Origin: a virus
Lineage: Duplodnaviria; Caudoviricetes
IMG/VR virus record: IMGVR_UViG_3300032234_000919
Span: 1-39,403 of that record
DNA: 39,403 nt
Strand: one strand, 5' to 3'
Below the pieces are notes generated by a model that made no database searches, had not been told where the DNA came from, and saw only the letters and a list, made by a program, of their open reading frames with translations. This document shows, piece by piece, positions 26,272-35,304 of the stretch (its first letter is position 1; the number at the start of each line of letters is the position of its first letter). The translations under genes and the position numbers were made by a program.

Positions 26272-27027
26272 TTAATTTCTTCTAGTTACAAAATAACCTA
26301 CAATTAATACTGCAACACCAATACCTACGTACAATAATGTTTTGTTGGATTTACCACCACCTAATGCACCAAGTACATCAGACCCACTACTACCCGTTGG
26401 GGGTGCTACGGGAGAACCCGTTTCAGCCGCTCTTTTAGCCTCTTCCATAGCAAGTCTTTTTTTCTCTTCTGCTAATTTTTTTTCTTCTTCTGCTTTCACT
26501 TGCTCTTCTTTCAACTTAATTATGTTGTCAAGTTCTTTGCTCAGTTGATTTAACGCTTCAATGTTTGCTCTAGCCTTGGAAGAACGTCTGAAAATTTCTA
26601 TTTCTTCTTTGTTTAAAACCAAAGTTGGCAACATAGCACTTAATACACCTATTCCAAAAGTTTTCGCCCTTACATTTCCCCTTTCTTGGTCTTTTTGATT
26701 TTCCCAAGTTATTTTGTCTGCATCAAACTTTTTTCTTATGGTTTGAAGTTCGTCCAAACTAAGTTTAATATTATATGGGAAAGCGGATTTATAACTATTC
26801 CTAGCAGCATCAATTTGTGAACCATAAGGAGCGGTAAATGCATCCCATTTTTTATCTGAATTGTCGAATGCTCTACGAAGAATTTTAGTCGCATCACTTT
26901 GACGTTGATTAAAATCTCCTAAACTTGCATCTCCATCAGCCCCTAAAAAGTTATCGGTTTCTAGCATCATAAGATTATCTCTCGATGCTACTTGAAAACC
27001 ATCGGCATTAGCCCAAGTCATTTTCAT
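26272..27027 (-). CDS. Tail-anchored coiled-coil protein with two ADG motifs
   Basis: WANADG, FLGADG; C-terminal TM + RR. Confidence 0.75.
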   Translation of the reverse strand: MKMTWANADGFQVASRDNLMMLETDNFLGADGDASLGDFNQRQSDATKILRRAFDNSDKKWDAFTAPYGSQIDAARNSYKSAFPYNIKLSLDELQTIRKKFDADKITWENQKDQERGNVRAKTFGIGVLSAMLPTLVLNKEEIEIFRRSSKARANIEALNQLSKELDNIIKLKEEQVKAEEEKKLAEEKKRLAMEEAKRAAETGSPVAPPTGSSGSDVLGALGGGKSNKTLLYVGIGVAVLIVGYFVTRRN

Positions 27028-27560
27028 TTTTTGTATCTCCTATAAATAAAAAATCCTAAAACCCCAACGGCAACAACAACACCACCAATAAGCACGTACA
27101 TACCTACTTTGCTATCACTTTTTGCCCCTAGAATTTTATTTAATTGTGATTGGAAATCTTCTTCTGCTTTTTGCGCAAACTTTAACTCACATTGAGATTT
27201 ATCGTAGAATGCTTTTAACTCATTTAAAGCACGTGTACGTCCATCTATGTAGGCTTGTAGTTGTTCTTTTTTTGCTTTCTTAGCCCCAACCATCGCCCTT
27301 TTATCAGCGGTAATTGCATCTTCAATTGCAGCAATAGTAGCCTTTAATACTTCACAATTAGATTTATCTTCTTCCTTCAATCCTCCAATTGACCATCCAT
27401 AGGCTTCATTTTGCTTAGAGCCATCAGCATAAGAATAATCAACATTGGGGAAACCAAATTCCACTTTGTCGGAAAAACTATATTCGTCACTACGGGGGCT
27501 TTGCTCACCCGTAAATCCGAAAGACATATCGTCATTTTTGAAAAAAACGTCTATTTCCAT
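27024..27560 (-). CDS. Tail-anchored coiled-coil protein with ADG motif
   Basis: YSYADG; C-terminal TM + RRYKK. Confidence 0.75.
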   Translation of the reverse strand: MEIDVFFKNDDMSFGFTGEQSPRSDEYSFSDKVEFGFPNVDYSYADGSKQNEAYGWSIGGLKEEDKSNCEVLKATIAAIEDAITADKRAMVGAKKAKKEQLQAYIDGRTRALNELKAFYDKSQCELKFAQKAEEDFQSQLNKILGAKSDSKVGMYVLIGGVVVAVGVLGFFIYRRYKK

Positions 27561-27561
27561 T

Positions 27562-27981
27562 TTATTTAAGTTGGGTTATATAATAATCAATTTGTGATTC
27601 GTACTTTAAAGGTAACAATCTATCTCCAAAAACAAAAACAATTGCTCTCATTGTCCTTCTACCTAACAAACCATCAACTTTCAATTCGGGCAAATCTATT
27701 TTTTTTGCCTTTATATATTCATTTAATTTAGTTTGAAGAGTTTCGACTTTGGTCTTAAAAGCAGCATCTGTTTTTGCTAATTCAGTTGGGTTAAAAGAAG
27801 TTGAAAAATATTTATCGTAAGATTCTAAATCTTTATTTAAAATATCTTCTTCAGTATTACCCGCGCCTAAAATTTTCTTTTTTAGGTCTTCGTCTTTTTT
27901 CTTTTTAACTATTAAAACAATAGCGGTGATAACTACACCTACTCCTAAGACGGAAAGTATTATTTTAGTGTTCTTTTTCAT
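27562..27981 (-). CDS. Membrane protein with a peptidoglycan-binding domain
   Basis: N-terminal TM; V..LQ..LN...LKVDGLLGRRT..AI (PG_binding_1 pattern). Confidence 0.7.
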   Translation of the reverse strand: MKKNTKIILSVLGVGVVITAIVLIVKKKKDEDLKKKILGAGNTEEDILNKDLESYDKYFSTSFNPTELAKTDAAFKTKVETLQTKLNEYIKAKKIDLPELKVDGLLGRRTMRAIVFVFGDRLLPLKYESQIDYYITQLK

Positions 27982-27983
27982 TT

Positions 27984-28490
27984 TTAAAATTTAATTACAT
28001 CTTCTCTTACCCAAGGATAATATTGTATAAATGAAGTATTTCTTGTTAAGAAAGATTTTTTACTTTGAAGTTCATCGTATAAGTTTCTATCCAATTTAAA
28101 TTTCACCCATTTATAAGGTCTTTTAGTGTTTGGGTTCATCATAGAGCCCGAATCTAATGCTACTTCAACTGCTTCACCTAATAACTTACCCTCTCCTTCA
28201 ACAAAATCAAATAAGTTGTTTATAAACCCATCGTTTACATAAGGTTGAGTTCTTAAATTTGTTGTAGATGTTTTAGTTAAGATTTTTTTGTTCTTAATTA
28301 CTTTTGTGGCTTCGGATGGTGATAATTTCATAATTGAATCCACTTCGGGTATAATTACTTTCTGTTTTTCAGTATCTTCCGATTCTTCACCACCAAATGT
28401 AACATTAGGCTTGTCCGATTTTCGGAAAGCAAATAAAACTATACCACCTAGTATAGCAATTGGAATAAGATATGGCAAATACTTTTTCAT
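27984..28490 (-). CDS. Membrane protein with an SH3b-like domain
   Basis: N-terminal TM; NLRTQP...WVKF...WVREDVI. Confidence 0.5.
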   Translation of the reverse strand: MKKYLPYLIPIAILGGIVLFAFRKSDKPNVTFGGEESEDTEKQKVIIPEVDSIMKLSPSEATKVIKNKKILTKTSTTNLRTQPYVNDGFINNLFDFVEGEGKLLGEAVEVALDSGSMMNPNTKRPYKWVKFKLDRNLYDELQSKKSFLTRNTSFIQYYPWVREDVIKF

Positions 28491-28666
28491 TATATTTTAG
28501 ATGCATCAACTTTTTTCCAAAGTGCTTCAAAGTCCTTGTCTGCTTTCGATTCTATTTCTTTTTTTAGAGCCGAAGCATCACTAGTTCTTTTTACCACCAA
28601 TATAATTAATCCTATTACAACCGCAACAGAACTATATAGCAATATTTTTTTAGTATTGTCCGTCAT
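28490..28666 (-). CDS. 58-aa membrane protein
   Basis: Hand-translated MTDNTKKILLYSSVAVVIGLIILVVKR...; abuts both neighbours. Confidence 0.75.
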   Translation of the reverse strand: MTDNTKKILLYSSVAVVIGLIILVVKRTSDASALKKEIESKADKDFEALWKKVDASKI

Positions 28667-29121
28667 TATTGTACTTTTTGATATACTCTATATCCAATGT
28701 AACCAACACTACCTAATACTAGTGCGTAAATACCTATTTTTATTACATTCACGCCTTTACCATCAAATATATCCGCAATAGATTGAGCAACATTAGTTAC
28801 TACTTCTGATGCACTATCTACAACGTCAAATGCAGAACCGCTTGGCTTTAAAACAAGTTTAAATAAACCTGCATTTTTATAAGGGTCTAAGCCCTCTTTG
28901 GAAACGTAAGCACGAAAATCAGAATCAAATGTTCTGCAATCGTAATGAGATGCAAATTCAGTACCACGTGAATAAGCGAACTCCCACATATATTTTGCAC
29001 GTTCTGCTCCGAATTTGGTCTTTAATAGTTTATGCCATTGTACCCAATCGCCACAATTCCAAGAACTATCTCTACCCCATTCATCGTAGTCGGGAACGCT
29101 ATTCCAAGTTGTAACTGCCAT
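28666..29121 (-). CDS. Tail-anchored membrane protein
   Basis: Trp-rich N-terminal domain; C-terminal TM. Confidence 0.75.
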   Translation of the reverse strand: MAVTTWNSVPDYDEWGRDSSWNCGDWVQWHKLLKTKFGAERAKYMWEFAYSRGTEFASHYDCRTFDSDFRAYVSKEGLDPYKNAGLFKLVLKPSGSAFDVVDSASEVVTNVAQSIADIFDGKGVNVIKIGIYALVLGSVGYIGYRVYQKVQ

Positions 29122-29122
29122 A

Positions 29123-29905
29123 TTATTCTATTACTATATTCATCTTTTCAAAGTCATTGATAAACTTGTTAATCAAGTCGTAACGAGCCTTATTAAGTTG
29201 AGTTGGTTTTTCTTTAAAAGTTTCTAAAAATGCTTGATAAGCCTCAATTCTTGGGTATCCTAAACCCAAATAAATTAATAAGCCATTCAAGTCTGCTTCC
29301 ATTTCATCATCAATTTTTTCATTCAAGTAAAAATGAGAAAACTCGTGTAATAAAATTGCCATCCTCATAGGGATAGTAAATTTCAAAAAGGCTTTCTTAC
29401 TTACTTGAATAGTACCCGTTCTTCTTCCAATACGTGCGGGAGTTGTTAACTCCACCCCATTTTCTTTTCTGATAGTAGAAACTAGATTTATGAAAAAATT
29501 GCCGTCATCGCTCCGATAAGTCTTGTTTACATCCAAATCTGATACATTAAAACAAAATTTTTGTGAAAAATTCACAAAATTCCGAATCATCGAATTTCCA
29601 ATATCATTCTCATCAATTCTACGCTCTAATGCCGACTTCTTTACAGAAATCAATTCATAACCTACATTACTATTTCCTAAAGTTCCATTGGGAGTATTGG
29701 AAACTTCTATTTTTGATACTTCGGGAGAAAGAGGCATACGAACAAATAGAGTTTCTTCACCTTGGATAGTTTTCCATCGCTCAGTGAACTTTCTAAATGG
29801 GTTTGATGCATCTGAAACCGTGAAGTATAATTTCTGAGGTTTATCGCTTCGTACTTTTACAACTAGTGTAATCGGTGCATAGTTCGTGACAACTTTTTCT
29901 ATCAT
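29123..29905 (-). CDS. Zincin metalloprotease (candidate maturation protease)
   Basis: ILLHEFSH followed by EMEAD (third-ligand pattern). Confidence 0.75.
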   Translation of the reverse strand: MIEKVVTNYAPITLVVKVRSDKPQKLYFTVSDASNPFRKFTERWKTIQGEETLFVRMPLSPEVSKIEVSNTPNGTLGNSNVGYELISVKKSALERRIDENDIGNSMIRNFVNFSQKFCFNVSDLDVNKTYRSDDGNFFINLVSTIRKENGVELTTPARIGRRTGTIQVSKKAFLKFTIPMRMAILLHEFSHFYLNEKIDDEMEADLNGLLIYLGLGYPRIEAYQAFLETFKEKPTQLNKARYDLINKFINDFEKMNIVIE

Positions 29906-30114
29906 TGACCCGCCCTCCTAACATCTTCGGGAGTACTATTAACTTGTACACTGCCCGATTTAATTTTAGATAAAGCCCTATCAATAGCATCATCGGAGTC
30001 ATTATCCGCGTCCAAAGGTTTTTTGGATGGGTTAAGACTTCCCCTATTAGCATAGATAAGCAATGCTATTAGAGCGATTAAGCCATAGGTCTTTATTTGT
30101 TTGTTAGTTAGCAC
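29902..30114 (-). CDS. Small membrane protein
   Basis: N-terminal TM. Confidence 0.7.
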   Translation of the reverse strand: MLTNKQIKTYGLIALIALLIYANRGSLNPSKKPLDADNDSDDAIDRALSKIKSGSVQVNSTPEDVRRAGQ

Positions 30115-30379
30115 CTTTTTTATACATTCTATAAATTAAGATTCCACCAATTACTAAGACCCCAACAAATAGTAAATTTTTCCCGATAATGCTACCGATT
30201 TGTAAATTTTCTTTTATCTGTTGAGTTGGTTCTAGTTCATCCCCTCCGTCTGCATTGTTAAATTCTTCTTGTGCCTTCACATTAGGAATAAAAACGCCTT
30301 TGGATTTTTCTCTTTCAATCCACTCACGAAATGGTAATGTACTTCCACTCTCTCTATATAATTGATTTGCACTCAACAT
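30104..30379 (-). CDS. Tail-anchored protein with ADG motif
   Basis: FNNADG; C-terminal TM + KK. Confidence 0.75.
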   Translation of the reverse strand: MLSANQLYRESGSTLPFREWIEREKSKGVFIPNVKAQEEFNNADGGDELEPTQQIKENLQIGSIIGKNLLFVGVLVIGGILIYRMYKKGAN

Positions 30380-30380
30380 A

Positions 30381-30890
30381 TTAATTTTTGCGAATATCGC
30401 TCAAAAATAATTCTTTTCCGTAACCCGAAAATTTCAAAATCACTTTATCCCCCAAACCGCTTGTAGCAGATGATGGTAAAGTCATTGTTCCCATACCCGT
30501 ATCTGTAGCACCACTTGGTATTACAACACTACCCGAAGTTGGAGTTGGTACATAAACACCACCCGTTGAAGTTGGAGTTGGAGGTGGCAATAAAATACCA
30601 CTATCCTTCAAAATCTTGTCAGCCGTTGCAGTACTACCCGCTGAAATAGGTGAAGATGCTCCTTCTTTTGCAGCAGTTGCTCCACTAGGAGGAGTAACGG
30701 GCATTGAAGAAATAGTTACACTTACGGGAGTTGATGGAGTAACGGGGCTAGGAGGCAAAATTATTGTTCCTCCGCCTCCACCGCCTCCACCACCTTGAGT
30801 AGTGCTTTCGGGTTTTTTCTTATATCTATTGTAAAGAAGTATTGCCGCAACGGCAACACCTCCATACAATAACAAATTGTTATTTGCCAT
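30381..30890 (-). CDS. Membrane protein with a poly-Gly, Pro/Ser/Thr-rich (mucin-like) ectodomain
   Basis: N-terminal TM, G9 run, P/S/T tracts; TATCTTTG at 30895-30902. Confidence 0.75.
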   Translation of the reverse strand: MANNNLLLYGGVAVAAILLYNRYKKKPESTTQGGGGGGGGGTIILPPSPVTPSTPVSVTISSMPVTPPSGATAAKEGASSPISAGSTATADKILKDSGILLPPPTPTSTGGVYVPTPTSGSVVIPSGATDTGMGTMTLPSSATSGLGDKVILKFSGYGKELFLSDIRKN

Positions 30891-30907
30891 ACTTCAAAGA
30901 TAAATAA

Positions 30908-31024
30908 TTATTTATTACCCTCTGTAGTCGTAGTGGTAGCCGTTGGTTTTGGCTTCTTGAAAACGAAATACAAAACACCCGCCACAACGGCAAGAGTTAA
31001 GATAGTTTTTGTTGTTTTGTTCAT
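30908..31024 (-). CDS. 38-aa membrane peptide
   Basis: Hand-translated MNKTTKTILTLAVVAGVLYFVFKKPKPTATTTTTEGNK. Confidence 0.7.
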   Translation of the reverse strand: MNKTTKTILTLAVVAGVLYFVFKKPKPTATTTTTEGNK

Positions 31025-31035
31025 AATTTTATAAA

Positions 31036-31221
31036 TTAAAATGGTTGTTTTTTGTAAAGTTGGTCATCGAAAGTAATTTCATCTTGTGTGAAATTAGCAA
31101 ATCCATCGGGCTGAGGATTTCCATTAGTAGCGGAATCCAAAACATCGTCTTTTTTTAAAGACTTAATTATTAGCACCGCTGCCAATATCCCTAGTCCGTA
31201 GTATATGTATTCTTTTTTCAT
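31036..31221 (-). CDS. Small membrane protein
   Basis: N-terminal TM. Confidence 0.7.
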   Translation of the reverse strand: MKKEYIYYGLGILAAVLIIKSLKKDDVLDSATNGNPQPDGFANFTQDEITFDDQLYKKQPF

Positions 31222-31436
31222 TTTTTAAATAAATTATAGATTATGTATGCACCTAGAGCAACACCTAAAAACATCAATATTCCACCCATATTTTCTTCTT
31301 GTGTTGTATTTAATTTTTCATCTTCTGAATTATCACCATCAGCACTTAAAGTCAAGTTTTTAACTCGACTTATTTGTGGATTGAAAAATTGTTTGTTTAC
31401 TATGTTTGAATCAAGTGTCATATTAATCTCTTTCAA
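31218..31436 (-). CDS. Tail-anchored protein with ADG motif
   Basis: LSADG; C-terminal TM + KK. Confidence 0.7.
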   Translation of the reverse strand: MKEINMTLDSNIVNKQFFNPQISRVKNLTLSADGDNSEDEKLNTTQEENMGGILMFLGVALGAYIIYNLFKK

Positions 31437-31647
31437 ATAAAAAGTAATTTATTGCACCTCCACCAATTGCTCCTAAAACGGCAAAAACGTAAAGGTTCTT
31501 TTTAGAGTACCAAGCATACATTAGACCCGCAACTACACCAACTGCACCACCTTTAATTACTTTCTTAGATTTATCTACGAAAGAATCGTGAGCATCTTGG
31601 CTCTTTATTTTTTTTACGTTATCTAATGCATCCTCAAATTGTTCCAT
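31423..31647 (-). CDS. Two-TM Gly-rich membrane protein
   Basis: GGAVGVVAG and LGAIGGG helices. Confidence 0.7.
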   Translation of the reverse strand: MEQFEDALDNVKKIKSQDAHDSFVDKSKKVIKGGAVGVVAGLMYAWYSKKNLYVFAVLGAIGGGAINYFLFERD

Positions 31648-31650
31648 ATT

Positions 31651-32283
31651 TTACTTCTTTTTATAAAAGTAAACTGCAACACCTATCAATGCTATCGCTC
31701 CAACAACTAATAAAACAGTGGTAGTAGTTGAAATACCTCTACCGCTTCCGATTGAAGATAGTTCATCTCTACCCGAATTCAAGTCAGTTGAAACAACATT
31801 TGCAGGTTGTCCCGTTTGTTTAATTGACCAAATATTTAAACCCGTATTGATTGCACTTGTAGCATTTTCGGGAGTAAATAGACCACTTAAAAAAGAGCCT
31901 ACTGCCGTATCTGAAAAACTTTTCTTTGGTCTTGTAGTTAGACCCGTAGGTGGCTCTATTGGGGGAGTACCACCTAAAGTCATAAATACTTTTGACGAAG
32001 ATGATGGGTCTGAAGTAGAAAGCCCTTTACCACTAGGTAAATCAGTTGCAGCAAAACCGCTATAATCCTCTTGAGCCGTTCTTAAAATTAACTTAGAAAA
32101 ATCATTCCTAAATTTTTCGCTTTTTGGCAATAATGCAGCAAAGGCTTTTTCAATTTGTGTTGAAGAAGCATTGTCCGCTATCATTACACCATTCTTACGA
32201 ATTAAAGCAATGGTTTCTTTTGGATTGTTATCAATCGTATAAGCCGTAAGGGCGTAGATTTTATTTGGTTCTAGTGATTTCAT
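31651..32283 (-). CDS. Tail-anchored membrane protein
   Basis: S/T/G-rich linker; C-terminal TM + KKK. Confidence 0.75.
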   Translation of the reverse strand: MKSLEPNKIYALTAYTIDNNPKETIALIRKNGVMIADNASSTQIEKAFAALLPKSEKFRNDFSKLILRTAQEDYSGFAATDLPSGKGLSTSDPSSSSKVFMTLGGTPPIEPPTGLTTRPKKSFSDTAVGSFLSGLFTPENATSAINTGLNIWSIKQTGQPANVVSTDLNSGRDELSSIGSGRGISTTTTVLLVVGAIALIGVAVYFYKKK

Positions 32284-32666
32284 TTTTTTGATACAATAAT
32301 TGCTGCGGCTATAATGATTGTTGCCGCTATCAACATAGCATTAGTTTGTAATGCCAATTTTGTCGAATCATTTTGTTGTTGGTTGTTATTTAAAACTGCC
32401 CCCGTAAGGATTCCGTCCGCTCCCAAAAAACTTTCATTTTTCTTGCATCCACAATTGCCATTTGCGTTTGAGTACAACTCAACAAATAAATCTTTGTCGG
32501 GATGTATTTCGGCTATTGCTTTTAATGCGGGTTCGCCTTCTTGGGCTACCAACATACGAAGATTATCGCCCATTCTACGAGGGTCAACTACTTGATAACC
32601 GAATTGATTAATTACGGCTTTTGCCCCGTATGGATTTGATTTAGCGATGTATTCGTAAAAGTTCAT
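32280..32666 (-). CDS. Tail-anchored protein with two ADG-like motifs
   Basis: YSNANG, FLGADG; C-terminal TM + KK. Confidence 0.75.
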   Translation of the reverse strand: MNFYEYIAKSNPYGAKAVINQFGYQVVDPRRMGDNLRMLVAQEGEPALKAIAEIHPDKDLFVELYSNANGNCGCKKNESFLGADGILTGAVLNNNQQQNDSTKLALQTNAMLIAATIIIAAAIIVSKK

Positions 32667-32692
32667 TTTATTTTCTTTTTTGTGTTATAAAT

Positions 32693-32727
32693 AAAAAAAG
32701 GGGAGGGCGAAACCACCCACCCCTTTC
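32693..32727 (-). terminator. Terminator after the candidate capsid gene
   Basis: AAAGGGG.GGG/CCC.CCCCTTT stem followed by a T-run. Confidence 0.8.
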
Positions 32728-32745
32728 TTATGGTTAAAAGTTGGA

Positions 32746-33444
32746 TTAACCTACTAATTTCACGGGTTGTGAACGTACAATGCCAGGAGAACCGAATTGA
32801 CGGCTTACTGCATTTCCATTCAATCCACGAGCCAAGTTGATGTTGTCGCTTGGGTACAAGTACAACTTAACGCTAGTAGAAGCCAAGATTTGGTTAATGA
32901 TTAACTTAGTGTAACCATCAATTCTGTACCCGTAGCGCATAGCCAACACAGTTGTCTGTTGCTGATATGGGTCGATTGTTGGTACTAAAGGCTTTTGAGC
33001 CAAGTTACCATTAGCGTCTTGAGTTTCTACGCTGATTACTTCCAACAACTGAGTGCTAGAAGCAGATTGGATATAAGTCAAACCAACGCTGAATGGGTTG
33101 TTCATAAACTGATACAACATTTGGCGGTAGTTTACGTTTGGTACTGCTGAACTAATGGTAGTTGAACCAATAACTAGAGAACCTGCTGCATTGAAACCAC
33201 TATTGTTGATGTATTCGTAAGAACCTAATACGTCAAAGTTAGAGGTAGCAGAACCTGTGTTTGAAATTTGAATGATGTAAGGCTGAGATGTAGGGGCACT
33301 TCCACCACCCATTTCGCCATTTGCAGACATAAAATCTTCAGAAGCAGTGAAAGATAAATCACTATCGAAGAATCCATCGGCATTTAAAAAAGACTCGTGA
33401 GCACGACCTTGTGCTGCTGCGAGATACTTGCGGATATTACTCAT
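32746..33444 (-). CDS. Candidate major capsid protein (single jelly-roll-like) with an N-terminal propeptide
   Basis: Beta-rich, no TM. Has its own promoter and terminator, C-ending codon bias, sits next to the packaging ATPase and has paralogs. FLNADG/FMSANG in the N-terminus. Confidence 0.55.
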   Translation of the reverse strand: MSNIRKYLAAAQGRAHESFLNADGFFDSDLSFTASEDFMSANGEMGGGSAPTSQPYIIQISNTGSATSNFDVLGSYEYINNSGFNAAGSLVIGSTTISSAVPNVNYRQMLYQFMNNPFSVGLTYIQSASSTQLLEVISVETQDANGNLAQKPLVPTIDPYQQQTTVLAMRYGYRIDGYTKLIINQILASTSVKLYLYPSDNINLARGLNGNAVSRQFGSPGIVRSQPVKLVG

Positions 33445-33466
33445 AATTTTTTGTTTTTAAATTGTT

Positions 33467-33577
33467 TTACTTGGTTTTGGCTTTGTCAATCATCAATTGA
33501 ACTTGATTTGCCACTAGCACACCAACGGCTACGATGGCTACTTGTCCTAGAATGTTTTTAATAGTTGTTGCGTTCAT
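33467..33577 (-). CDS. 36-aa membrane peptide co-transcribed with the candidate capsid gene
   Basis: Hand-translated MNATTIKNILGQVAIVAVGVLVANQVQLMIDKAKTK. Confidence 0.7.
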   Translation of the reverse strand: MNATTIKNILGQVAIVAVGVLVANQVQLMIDKAKTK

Positions 33578-33618
33578 AATTTTGTTAATTCGCTTGAGGT
33601 TCAGACCGCAAGTCAAAG

Positions 33619-33626
33619 CAAATTTA
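33619..33626 (-). promoter_or_regulatory. Bacteroidota -7 box TAAATTTG for the capsid operon
   Basis: Consensus match downstream of the ATPase terminator. Confidence 0.7.
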
Positions 33627-33704
33627 TTTTTAAAGATTAACTATTAATGATTAGTCTTTTTAATAACTGAAAACGCAACATTCCCCTTTAAAGGTATATT
33701 AAAT

Positions 33705-33732
33705 AAAAAACCCCCATTTATGTTGGGGGCTT
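33705..33732 (-). terminator. Terminator after the ATPase
   Basis: GCCCCCA/TGGGGGT stem + T6. Confidence 0.75.
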
Positions 33733-33739
33733 CATTGTT

Positions 33740-34552
33740 TTACTTTAAGTACATTTTTTTTAGTCGTTGGAGTTCCGATTTCATCGCACTATCGTGGGTA
33801 TATTTCGGTTTGTTAGTAGAAGTCCTAACTTGGAGCATTGGAGTAATTACCCTTCGATAATTTTCTTCTAAATATTGAGTACAAGCAACCTCAAACTTTT
33901 TCTCGTCAATCTTTCCTATTAAACACATATTTTCTACGTCCACATACTGATAAAATCTAATATTATCGGCAAAGTATTCGTTGTTTACCATAAACTCGGT
34001 TATGCGCAACAATTCATATTTATCTTCAAACTTCTTTTCGTGTCTTTTTGTGCTTTCCGTAATTTTATGAAACCGAAGCCAATTCATATTTTGCCAAACC
34101 TTCGGGGAAACCCTCCCTATACCTTGGTAGTGTAAAATAATATCTAAGTCCCTATGTCGGTTCGTTGCAATAGCCCCCATTAAGTCCATAGGCATACTAT
34201 CGCTGATGTAGCGGTTAATATCTTCAATCAATAGTAAACCTCCGCTATAGTTGTCTAAAATCACTCCTAAAGTATGTCCTAGTTCGTCTAGGGTCATTTT
34301 TTTACCATTCGGATGAAAAGGTCTAACTCTTCTTGCTTCAACAACGGGATGTAAACTAAACTTGATTAAATCTTTCAGTGCAATTGCCTTAATATGGGTA
34401 AACTCATCATTCACATCAAGTATTAGTGCTTTCCTTGGAAGTATCCCACTAGCGGGGTTTCCCATCACATAATCTTGCACTAACTTATTGGTAGTAAATG
34501 ATTTGCCACACCCTTTTTTGCCCACCGCAACACCTAATTTTGGCTCTCTCAT
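33740..34552 (-). CDS. FtsK/HerA-superfamily (A32/P9-like) genome packaging ATPase
   Basis: Walker A GKKGCGKS; ILDVNDEF; Walker B LLLIED; RH...IILHYQ arginine-finger/sensor; ATGA-coupled start at 34552. Confidence 0.75.
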   Translation of the reverse strand: MREPKLGVAVGKKGCGKSFTTNKLVQDYVMGNPASGILPRKALILDVNDEFTHIKAIALKDLIKFSLHPVVEARRVRPFHPNGKKMTLDELGHTLGVILDNYSGGLLLIEDINRYISDSMPMDLMGAIATNRHRDLDIILHYQGIGRVSPKVWQNMNWLRFHKITESTKRHEKKFEDKYELLRITEFMVNNEYFADNIRFYQYVDVENMCLIGKIDEKKFEVACTQYLEENYRRVITPMLQVRTSTNKPKYTHDSAMKSELQRLKKMYLK

Positions 34553-35304
34553 AGATTTTGCCCTTCTAAATATTTTTTCTTCCAAACATATAACATACTC
34601 TTATCTACATTGAATTTTTCTTTTACTTGAGTTAAAGTTGCTTTATCTTCAATCCAATATTTAAGTGCTTGTTTCTTATGTTCTTGCCATTGTTCTAAAG
34701 TCATACCTTTTTTTTGAGCAATAGAAGATTCTGTACCATTGGACATTCGACTTTTAGTTTCATCACTTCTTTTGTAAGAAGCGGCTTCTCCCATCATTTT
34801 ACGTTGTTCGTAAGTCCATCCACCACTTTTCTCATACCATTCTCTTATTTTCTGCTTGGACTCTTCGGTGTGTTTTTTACCTTTATTCACTTCGCTTAAT
34901 TTTTGTTTGTGTTCAATAGTCTTTTTTCTACCTTTTGCTTTTTCACTTATTTTTCTTTTTTGTTCTTCAGTTAATTTATACTGAATAGAACCATTTGAAA
35001 TATCTAAAATATTGTAAAGGATTATTTTATTTAACTCCCTCTCTTGTTGACGAAAATACTTTATCCAAAATACTTCTCTTTCTGATGCATTGTCAAATGA
35101 ACAAATCTCCAATGGCTCAATAAATAAATTATCTTGCCCATACTTCTTGTAAGCAGATACAAAATATTTATTTGTATGTAAATCTCTTTTCAAGTTTTGA
35201 ATATGAGTGTTCATTCTTTGCTCTAACCTTAATGATGTTTTGCCAACGTATATTCTTTCATCGCCTTTGAAGAAAAGTTTGTAGATAGTGTATTTGTCTT
35301 TCAT
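34549..35304 (-). mobile_element. Free-standing GIY-YIG homing endonuclease with NUMOD3 repeats
   Basis: IYKL...IYVGKT...R...H; E..WI; YN; KGKKHTEESKQKI. Own TATATTTG at 35309-35316. Confidence 0.85.

Noticed and set aside
33740-34552. Terminase large subunit or conjugative ATPase
   Set aside because: 270 aa with no nuclease domain, the motif order fits A32-like ATPases, and no T4SS genes were seen
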